A DNA stretch of 64,000 nt from Eledone cirrhosa. Taxonomy: Eukaryota. Position 1 is the stretch's first letter. Every line of letters starts with the position of its first letter. The DNA lies in NCBI GenBank assembly GCA_964016885.1, contig OZ024752.1:33914001-33978000 (forward strand). The letters run 5' to 3'. The notes beneath the pieces were generated by a model. The model saw only the letters and a list, made by a program, of their open reading frames with translations. It was not told where the DNA came from and searched no databases. The position numbers and the translations under genes were made by a program. Of the stretch, positions 1 to 11,400 are shown one piece after another.

Positions 1-3000
1 GTCTATGTCTTTAATCCTTTCATTACTGTATGTCTAATAAAAGGGACTGTCTATGTGTTTAACTCTTTCATTACTGTAGGTCTAATGAAAGACACTGTCT
101 ATGTGTTTAACCCTTTCATTACTGTATGTCTAATGAAAGACACTGTCTATGTATTTAATCCTTTCATTACTGTATGTCTAATGAAAGACACTGTCTGTGT
201 TTAACCCTTTCATTACTGTATGTCTAATGAAAGACACAGTCTATGTGTTTAATCCTTTCATTACTGTATGTCTAATGAAAGACACAGTCTATGTGTTTAA
301 TCCTTTCATTACTGTATGTCTAATGAAAGACACAGTCTGTGTTTAACCCTTTCATTACTGTATGTCTAATGAAAGACACTGTCTGTGTGTTTAACCCTTT
401 CATTACTGTATGTCGAATGAAAGACACAGTCTATGTGTTTAATCCTTTCATTACTGTATGTCTAATAAAAGACACAGTCTATGTGTTTAACCGTTTCATT
501 ACTGTATGTCTAATGAAAGACACAGTCTATGTGTTTAACCCTTTCATTACTGTATGTCTTATGAAAGACACTGTCTATGTTGAATCCTTTCATTACTGTA
601 TGTCTAATGAAAGACACTGTTTATGTGTTTAATCCTTTCATTACTCTATGTCTAATGAAAGACACTGTCTATGTCTTTAACCCTTTCATTACTGTATGTC
701 TAATAAAAGGGACTGTCTATGTGTTTAACCCTTTCATTACTGTATGTCTAATGAAAGACACTGTCTATGTGTTTAACCCTTTCATTACTGTATGTCTAAT
801 GAAAGACACTGTCTATGTATTTAATCCTTTCATTACTGTATGTCTAATGAAAGACACTGTCTATGTGTTTAACCCTTTCATTACTGTATATCTAATGAAA
901 GACACTGTCTATGTCTTTAACCCTTTCATTACTGTATGTCTAATGAAAGACACTGTCTGTGTTTAACCCTTTCATTACTGTATGTCTAATGAAAGACACT
1001 GTCTATGTATTTAATCCTTTCATTACTGTATGTCTAATGAAAGACACTGTCTATGTCTTTAACCCTTTCATTACTGTATGTCTAATGAAAGACACTGTCT
1101 GTGTTTAACCCTTTCATTACTGTATGTCTAATGAAAGACACAGTCTATGTGTTTAATCCTTTCATTACTGTATGTCTAATGAAAGACACTGTCTATGTGT
1201 TTAACCCTTTCATTACTGTATGTCTATTGAAAGACACTGTCTATGTTGAATCCTTTCATTACTGTATGTCTAATGAAAGACACTGTTTATGTGTTTAATC
1301 CTTTCATTATTGTATGTCTAATAAAAGGGACTGTCTATGTGTTTAACCCTTTCATTACTGTATGTCTAATGAAAGACACTGTCTATGTATTTAATCCTTT
1401 CATTACTGTATGTCTAATAAAAGGGACTGTCTATGTGTTTAACCCTTTCATTACTGTATGTCTAATGAAAGACACTGTCTATGTGTTTAACCCTTTCATT
1501 ACTGTATGTCTAATGAAAGACACTGTCTGTGTTTAACCCTTTCATTACTGTATGTCTAATGAAAGACACTGTCTATGTGTTTAATCCTTTCATTACTGTA
1601 TGTCTAATGAAAGACACTGTCTATGTCTTCAACCCTTTCATTACTGTATGTCTAATGAAAGACACTGTCTGTGTTTAACCCTTTCATTACTGTATGTCTA
1701 ATGAAAGACACTGTCTATGTGTTTAACCCTTTCATTACTGTATTTCTAATGAAAGACACTGTCTATCTGTTTAATCCTTTCATTACTGTATGTCTAATGA
1801 AAGACACTGTCTATGTGTTTAACCCTTTCATTACTGTATATCTAATGAAAGACACTGTCTATGTGTTTAACCCTTTCATTATTGTATGTCTAATGAAAGA
1901 CACTGTCTATGTGTTTAAGCCTTTCATTACTGTATGTCTAATGAAAGACACTGTCTATGTGTTTTACCATTTCATTACTGTATGTCTAATGAAAGACACT
2001 GTCTATGTGTTTAACCCTTTCATTACTGTATGTCTAATGAAAGAAACTGTCTATGTCTTTAACCCTTTCATTACTGTATGTCTAATGAAAGACACTGTCT
2101 ATGTCTTTAACCCTTTCATTACTGTATGTCTAATGAAAGACACTGTCTGTGTTTAACCCTTTCATTACAGTATGTCTAATGAAAGACATTGTCTGTGTGT
2201 TTAACCCTTTCATTACTGTATGTCTAATGAAAGACACTGTCTATGTATTTAATCCTTTCATTACTGTATGTCTAATGAAAGACACTGTCTGTGTTTAACC
2301 CTTTCATTACTGTATGTCTAATGAAAGACACAGTCTATGTGTTTAATCCTTTCATTACTGTATGTCTAATGAAAGACACTGTCTGTGTGTTTAACCCTTT
2401 CATTACTGTAAGTCTAATGAAAGACACTGTCTGTGTTTAACCCTTTCATTACTGTATGTCTAATGAAAGACACTGTCTATGTGTTTAATCCTTTCATTAC
2501 TGTATGTCTAATGAAAGACACAGTCTATGTGTTTAATCCTTTCATTACTGTATGTCTAATGAAAGACACAGTCTGTGTTTAACCCTTTCATTACTGTATG
2601 TCTAATGAAAGACACAGTCTATGTGTTTAATCCTTTCATTACTGTATGTCTAATGAAAGACACAGTCTGTGTTTAACCCTTTCATTACTGTATGTCTAAT
2701 GAAAGACACTGTCTGTGTGTTTAACCCTTTCATTACTGTATGTCTAATGAAAGACACAGTCTATGTATTTAATCCTTTCATTACTGTATGTCTAATGAAA
2801 GACACTGTCTATGTCTTTAATCCTTTCATTACTGTATGTCTAATAAAAGGGACTGTCTATGTGTTTAACTCTTTCATTACTGTAGGTCTAATGAAAGACA
2901 CTGTCTATGTGTTTAACCCTTTCATTACTGTATGTCTAATGAAAGACACTGTCTATGTATTTAATCCTTTCATTACTGTATGTCTAATGAAAGACACTGT

Positions 3001-6000
3001 CTGTGTTTAACCCTTTCATTACTGTATGTCTAATGAAAGACACAGTCTATGTGTTTAATCCTTTCATTACTGTATGTCTAATGAAAGACACAGTCTATGT
3101 GTTTAATCCTTTCATTACTGTATGTCTAATGAAAGACACAGTCTGTGTTTAACCCTTTCATTACTGTATGTCTAATGAAAGACACTGTCTGTGTGTTTAA
3201 CCCTTTCATTACTGTATGTCGAATGAAAGACACAGTCTATGTGTTTAATCCTTTCATTCCTGTATGTCTAATAAAAGACACAGTCTATGTGTTTAACCGT
3301 TTCATTACTGTATGTCTAATGAAAGACACAGTCTATGTGTTTAACCCTTTCATTACTGTATGTCTTATGAAAGACACTGTCTATGTTGAATCCTTTCATT
3401 ACTGTATGTCTAATGAAAGACACTGTTTATGTGTTTAATCCTTTCATTACTCTATGTCTAATGAAAGACACTGTCTATGTCTTTAACCCTTTCATTACTG
3501 TATGTCTAATAAAAGGGACTGTCTATGTGTTTAACCCTTTCATTACTGTATGTCTAATGAAAGACACTGTCTATGTGTTTAACCCTTTCATTACTGTATG
3601 TCTAATGAAAGACACTGTCTATGTATTTAATCCTTTCATTACTGTATGTCTAATGAAAGACACTGTCTATGTGTTTAACCCTTTCATTACTGTATATCTA
3701 ATGAAAGACACTGTCTATGTCTTTAACCCTTTCATTACTGTATGTCTAATGAAAGACACTGTCTGTGTTTAACCCTTTCATTACTGTATGTCTAATGAAA
3801 GACACTGTCTATGTATTTAATCCTTTCATTACTGTATGTCTAATGAAAGACACTGTCTATGTCTTTAACCCTTTCATTACTGTATGTCTAATGAAAGACA
3901 CTGTCTGTGTTTAACCCTTTAATTACTGTATGTCTAATGAAAGACACAGTCTATGTGTTTAATCCTTTCATTACTGTATGTCTAATGAAAGACACTGTCT
4001 ATGTGTTTAACCCTTTCATTACTGTATGTCTATTGAAAGACACTGTCTATGTTGAATCCTTTCATTACTGTATGTCTAATGAAAGACACTGTTTATGTGT
4101 TTAATCCTTTCATTACTGTATGTCTAATAAAAGGGACTGTCTATGTGTTTAACCCTTTCATTACTGTATGTCTAATGAAAGACACTGTCTATGTATTTAA
4201 TCCTTTCATTACTGTATGTCTAATAAAAGGGACTGTCTATGTGTTTAACCCTTTCATTACTGTATGTCTAATGAAAGACACTGTCTATGTCTTTAACCCT
4301 TTCATTACTGTATGTCTAATGAAAGACACTGTCTGTGTTTAACCCTTTCATTACTGTATGTCTAATGAAAGACACTGTCTATGTGTTTAATCCTTTCATT
4401 ACTGTATGTCTAATGAAAGACACTGTCTATGTCTTCAACCCTTTCATTACTGTATGTCTAATGAAAGACACTGTCTGTGTTTAACCCTTTCATTACTGTA
4501 TGTCTAATGAAAGACACTGTCTATGTGTTTAACCCTTTCATTACTGTATTTCTAATGAAAGACACTGTCTATGTGTTTAATCCTTTCATTACTGTATGTC
4601 TAATGAAAGACACTGTCTGTGTTTAACCCTTTCATTACTGTATGTCTAATGAAAGACACAGTCTATGTGTTTAATCCTTTCATTACTGTATGTCTAATGA
4701 AAGACACTGTCTATGTGTTTAACCCTTTCATTACTGTATGTCTATTGAAAGACACTGTCTATGTTGAATCCTTTCATTACTGTATGTCTAATGAAAGACA
4801 CTGTTTATGTGTTTAATCCTTTCATTACTGTATGTCTAATAAAAGGGACTGTCTATGTGTTTAACCCTTTCATTACTGTATGTCTAATGAAAGACACTGT
4901 CTATGTATTTAATCCTTTCATTACTGTATGTCTAATAAAAGGGACTGTCTATGTGTTTAACCCTTTCATTACTGTATGTCTAATGAAAGACACTGTCTAT
5001 GTCTTTAACCCTTTCATTACTGTATGTCTAATGAAAGACACTGTCTGTGTTTAACCCTTTCATTACTGTATGTCTAATGAAAGACACTGTCTATGTGTTT
5101 AATCCTTTCATTACTGTATGTCTAATGAAAGACACTGTCTATGTCTTCAACCCTTTCATTACTGTATGTCTAATGAAAGACACTGTCTGTGTTTAACCCT
5201 TTCATTACTGTATGTCTAATGAAAGACACTGTCTATGTGTTTAACCCTTTCATTACTGTATTTCTAATGAAAGACACTGTCTATCTGTTTAATCCTTTCA
5301 TTACTGTATGTCTAATGAAAGACACTGTCTATGTGTTTAACCCTTTCATTACTGTATATCTAATGAAAGACACTGTCTATGTGTTTAACCCTTTCATTAT
5401 TGTATGTCTAATGAAAGACACTGTCTATGTGTTTAAGCCTTTCATTACTGTATGTCTAATGAAAGACACTGTCTATGTGTTTTACCATTTCATTACTGTA
5501 TGTCTAATGAAAGACACTGTCTATGTGTTTAACCCTTTCATTACTGTATGTCTAATGAAAGAAACTGTCTATGTCTTTAACCCTTTCATTACTGTATGTC
5601 TAATGAAAGACACTGTCTATGTCTTTAACCCTTTCATTACTGTATGTCTAATGAAAGACACTGTCTGTGTTTAACCCTTTCATTACAGTATGTCTAATGA
5701 AAGACATTGTCTGTGTGTTTAACCCTTTCATTACTGTATGTCTAATGAAAGACACTGTCTATGTATTTAATCCTTTCATTACTGTATGTCTAATGAAAGA
5801 CACTGTCTGTGTTTAACCCTTTCATTACTGTATGTCTAATGAAAGACACAGTCTATGTGTTTAATCCTTTCATTACTGTATGTCTAATGAAAGACACTGT
5901 CTGTGTGTTTAACCCTTTCATTACTGTAAGTCTAATGAAAGACACTGTCTGTGTTTAACCCTTTCATTACTGTATGTCTAATGAAAGACACTGTCTATGT

Positions 6001-8400
6001 GTTTAATCCTTTCATTACTGTATGTCTAATGAAAGACACAGTCTATGTGTTTAATCCTTTCATTACTGTATGTCTAATGAAAGACACAGTCTGTGTTTAA
6101 CCCTTTCATTACTGTATGTCTAATGAAAGACACAGTCTATGTGTTTAATCCTTTCATTACTGTATGTCTAATGAAAGACACAGTCTGTGTTTAACCCTTT
6201 CATTACTGTATGTCTAATGAAAGACACTGTCTGTGTGTTTAACCCTTTCATTACTGTATGTCTAATGAAAGACACAGTCTATGTATTTAATCCTTTCATT
6301 ACTGTATGTCTAATGAAAGACACTGTCTATGTCTTTAATCCTTTCATTACTGTATGTCTAATAAAAGGGACTGTCTATGTGTTTAACTCTTTCATTACTG
6401 TAGGTCTAATGAAAGACACTGTCTATGTGTTTAACCCTTTCATTACTGTATGTCTAATGAAAGACACTGTCTATGTATTTAATCCTTTCATTACTGTATG
6501 TCTAATGAAAGACACTGTCTGTGTTTAACCCTTTCATTACTGTATGTCTAATGAAAGACACAGTCTATGTGTTTAATCCTTTCATTACTGTATGTCTAAT
6601 GAAAGACACAGTCTATGTGTTTAATCCTTTCATTACTGTATGTCTAATGAAAGACACAGTCTGTGTTTAACCCTTTCATTACTGTATGTCTAATGAAAGA
6701 CACTGTCTGTGTGTTTAACCCTTTCATTACTGTATGTCGAATGAAAGACACAGTCTATGTGTTTAATCCTTTCATTCCTGTATGTCTAATAAAAGACACA
6801 GTCTATGTGTTTAACCGTTTCATTACTGTATGTCTAATGAAAGACACAGTCTATGTGTTTAACCCTTTCATTACTGTATGTCTTATGAAAGACACTGTCT
6901 ATGTTGAATCCTTTCATTACTGTATGTCTAATGAAAGACACTGTTTATGTGTTTAATCCTTTCATTACTGTATGTCTAATGAAAGACACTGTCTATGTCT
7001 TTAACCCTTTCATTACTGTATGTCTAATAAAAGGGACTGTCTATGTGTTTAACCCTTTCATTACTGTATGTCTAATGAAAGACACTGTCTATGTGTTTAA
7101 CCCTTTCATTACTGTATGTCTAATGAAAGACACTGTCTATGTATTTAATCCTTTCATTACTGTATGTCTAATGAAAGACACTGTCTATGTGTTTAACCCT
7201 TTCATTACTGTATATCTAATGAAAGACACTGTCTATGTCTTTAACCCTTTCATTACTGTATGTCTAATGAAAGACACTGTCTGTGTTTAACCCTTTCATT
7301 ACTGTATGTCTAATGAAAGACACTGTCTATGTATTTAATCCTTTCATTACTGTATGTCTAATGAAAGACACTGTCTATGTCTTTAACCCTTTCATTACTG
7401 TATGTCTAATGAAAGACACTGTCTGTGTTTAACCCTTTAATTACTGTATGTCTAATGAAAGACACAGTCTATGTGTTTAATCCTTTCATTACTGTATGTC
7501 TAATGAAAGACACTGTCTATGTGTTTAACCCTTTCATTACTGTATGTCTATTGAAAGACACTGTCTATGTTGAATCCTTTCATTACTGTATGTCTAATGA
7601 AAGACACTGTTTATGTGTTTAATCCTTTCATTACTGTATGTCTAATAAAAGGGACTATCTATGTGTTTAACCCTTTCATTACTGTATGTCTAATGAAAGA
7701 CACTGTCTATGTATTTAATCCTTTCATTACTGTATGTCTAATAAAAGGGACTGTCTATGTGTTTAACCCTTTCATTACTGTATGTCTAATGAAAGACACT
7801 GTCTATGTCTTTAACCCTTTCATTACTGTATGTCTAATGAAAGACACTGTCTGTGTTTAACCCTTTCATTACTGTATGTCTAATGAAAGACACTGTCTAT
7901 GTGTTTAATCCTTTCATTACTGTATGTCTAATGAAAGACACTGTCTATGTCTTCAACCCTTTCATTACTGTATGTCTAATGAAAGACACTGTCTATGTGT
8001 TTAACCCTTTCATTACTGTATTTCTAATGAAAGACACTGTCTATGTGTTTAATCCTTTCATTACTGTATGTCTAATGAAAGACACTGTCTATGTGTTTAA
8101 CCCTTTCATTACTGTATATCTAATGAAAGACACTGTCTATGTGTTTAACCCTTTCATTATTGTATGTCTAATGAAAGACACTGTCTATGTGTTTAAGCCT
8201 TTCATTACTGTATGTCTAATGAAAGACACTGTCTATGTGTTTTACCATTTCATTACTGTATGTCTAATGAAAGACACTGTCTATGTGTTTAACCCTTTCA
8301 TTACTGTATGTCTAATGAAAGAAACTGTCTATGTCTTTAACCCTTTCATTACTGTATGTCTAATGAAAGACACTGTCTATGTCTTTAACCCTTTCATTAC
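1..8400. repeat. Higher-order repeat of 2806/3518 bp (about 2.5 copies; boundaries approximate) containing a 712-bp internal duplication
   Basis: Variant-tagged ORFs recur at fixed offsets: 339->3145 (2806); 1671->5189, 2669->6187 and 3145->6663 (all 3518); 3907->4619 (712). 2806+712=3518. Confidence 0.85.
113..139. repeat. Intra-monomer inverted repeat CTTTCATTA-N9-TAATGAAAG (representative copy; present in essentially every monomer)
   Basis: 113-121 CTTTCATTA is the exact reverse complement of 131-139 TAATGAAAG, with the 9-nt spacer CTGTATGTC between them. Confidence 0.97.
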
Positions 8401-11400
8401 TGTATGTCTAATGAAAGACACTGTCTATGTCTTTAACCCTTTATTTACTGTATTTGTAATGAAAGACACTGTCTATGTGTTTAATCCTTTCATTACTGTA
8501 TGTCTAATGAAAGACACTGTCTATGTGTTTAACCCTTTCATTACTGTATGTCTAATGAAAGAAACTGTCTATGTCTTTAACCCTTTCATTACTGTATGTC
8601 TAATGAAAGACACTGTCTATGTCTTTAACCCTTTCATTACTGTATGTCTACTGAAAGACACTGTCTATGTCTTTAACCCTTTATTTACTGTATTTGTAAT
8701 GAAAGACACTGTCTATGTGTTTAACCCTTTCATTACTGTATGTCTAATGAAAGACACTGTCTATGTATTTAATCCTTTCATTACTGTATGTCTAATGAAA
8801 GACACAGTCTATGTGTTTAATCCTTTCATTACTGTATGTCTAATGAAAGACACTGTCTATGTGTTTAACCCTTTCATTACTGTATGTCTAATGAAAGACA
8901 CTGTCTATGTCTTTAACCCTTTCATTACTGTATGTCTACTGAAAGACACTGTCTATGTCTTTAACCCTTTATTTACTGTATTTGTAATGAAAGACACTGT
9001 CTATGTGTTTAACCCTTTCATTACTGTATGTCTAATGAAAGACACTGTCTATGTGTTTAACCCTTTCATTACTGTATGTCTAATGAAAGAAACTGTCTAT
9101 GTCTTTAACCCTTTCATTACTGTATGTCTAATGAAAGACACTGTCTATGTCTTTAACCCTTTCATTACTGTATGTCTACTGAAAGACACTGTCTATGTCT
9201 TTAACCCTTTATTTACTGTATTTGTAATGAAAGACACTGTCTATGTGTTTAACCCTTTCATTACTGTATGTCTAATGAAAGACACAGTCTATGTGTTTAA
9301 TCCTTTCATTACTGTATGTCTAATGAAAGACACAGTCTATGTGTTTAATCCTTTCATTACTGTATGTCTAATGAAAGACACTGTCTATGTGTTTAACCCT
9401 TTCATTACTGTATGTCTAATGAAATACACAGTCTATGTGTTTAACCCTTTTATTACTGTATGTCTAATGAAAGACACAGTCTATGTGTTTAATACTTTCA
9501 TTACTGTATGTCTAATGAAAGACACTGTCTATGTGTTTAACCCTTTCATTACTGTATGTCTAATGAAAGCCCTTTCATTACTGTATTTCTAATGAAAGAC
9601 ACTGTCTATGTGTTTAATCCTTTCATTACTGTATGTCTAATGAAAGACACTGTCTATGTGTTTAACCCTTTCATTACTGTATGTCTAATGAAAGACATTG
9701 TCTGTGTGTTTAACCCTTTCATTACTGTATGTCTAATGAAAGACACTGTCTATGTATTTAATCCTTTCATTACTGTATGTCTAATGAAAGACACTGTCTG
9801 TGTTTAACCCTTTCATTACTGTATGTCTAATGAAAGACACAGTCTATGTGTTTAATCCTTTCATTACTGTATGTCTAATGAAAGACACTGTCTATGTATT
9901 TAACCCTTTCATTACTGTAAGTCTAATGAAAGACACTGTCTGTGTTTAACCCTTTCATTACTGTATGTCTAATGAAAGACACTGTCTATGTGTTTAATCC
10001 TTTCATTACTGTATGTCTAATGAAAGACACAGTCTATGTGTTTAATCCTTTCATTACTGTATGTCTAATGAAAGACACAGTCTGTGTTTAACCCTTTCAT
10101 TACTGTATGTCTAATGAAAGACACTGTCTGTGTGTTTAACCCTTTCATTACTGTATGTCTAATGAAAGACACAGTCTATGTATTTAATCCTTTCATTACT
10201 GTATGTCTAATGAAAGACACTGTCTATGTCTTTAATCCTTTCATTACTGTATGTCTAATAAAAGGGACTGTCTATGTGTTTAACTCTTTCATTAATGTAG
10301 GTCTAATGAAAGACACTGTCTATGTGTTTAACCCTTTCATTACTGTATGTCTAATGAAAGACACTGTCTATGTATTTAATCCTTTCATTACTGTATGTCT
10401 AATGAAAGACACTGTCTGTGTTTAACCCTTTCATTACTGTATGTCTAATGAAAGACACAGTCTATGTGTTTAATCCTTTCATTACTGTATGTCTAATGAA
10501 AGACACAGTCTATGTGTTTAATCCTTTCATTACTGTATGTCTAATGAAAGACACAGTCTGTGTTTAACCCTTTCATTACTGTATGTCTAATGAAAGACAC
10601 TGTCTGTGTGTTTAACCCTTTCATTACTGTATGTCGAATGAAAGACACAGTCTATGTGTTTAATCCTTTCATTACTGTATGTCTAATAAAAGACACAGTC
10701 TATGTGTTTAACCGTTTCATTACTGTACGTCTAATGAAAGACACAGTCTATGTGTTTAACCCTTTCATTACTGTATGTCTTATGAAAGACACTGTCTATG
10801 TTGAATCCTTTCATTACTGTATGTCTAATGAAAGACACTGTTTATGTGTTTAATCCTTTCATTACTGTATGTCTAATGAAAGACACTGTCTATGTCTTTA
10901 ACACTTTCATTACTGTATGTCTAATGAAAGACACAGTCTATGTGTTTAATCCTTTCATTACTGTATGTCTAATGAAAGACACTGTCTATGTGTTTAACCC
11001 TTTCATTACTGTATGTCTATTGAAAGACACTGTCTATGTTGAATCCTTTCATTACTGTATGTCTAATGAAAGACACTGTTTATGTGTTTAATCCTTTCAT
11101 TACTGTATGTCTAATAAAAGGGACTGTCTATGTGTTTAACCCTTTCATTACTGTATGTCTAATGAAAGACACTGTCTATGTATTTAATCCTTTCATTACT
11201 GTATGTCTAATAAAAGGGACTGTCTATGTGTTTAACCCTTTCATTACTGTATGTCTAATGAAAGACACTGTCTATGTCTTTAACCCTTTCATTACTGTAT
11301 GTCTAATGAAAGACACTGTCTGTGTTTAACCCTTTCATTACTGTATGTCTAATGAAAGACACTGTCTATGTGTTTAATCCTTTCATTACTGTATGTCTAA

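Noticed and set aside
33-42. AATAAA polyadenylation signal in the TAATAAAAGGG variant
   Set aside because: It arises from one G>A change in an AT-rich repeat, and there is no transcript context to support function.
108-114. Telomere-like TAACCCT (AGGGTTA on the minus strand)
   Set aside because: A single 7-bp match per monomer, often mutated to TAATCCT and never tandem, so it is not a telomeric array or G-quadruplex tract.
113-139. Rho-independent terminator or structured ncRNA/tRNA
   Set aside because: The stem is AT-rich with no following U-tract, there is no upstream gene, and no cloverleaf or compensatory covariation within monomers was seen.
113-139. Site-specific recombinase site array (lox/dif/attC-like)
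   Set aside because: The 9-9-9 geometry does not match loxP (13-8-13) or dif (11-6-11), and no recombinase gene or cassette content is present.
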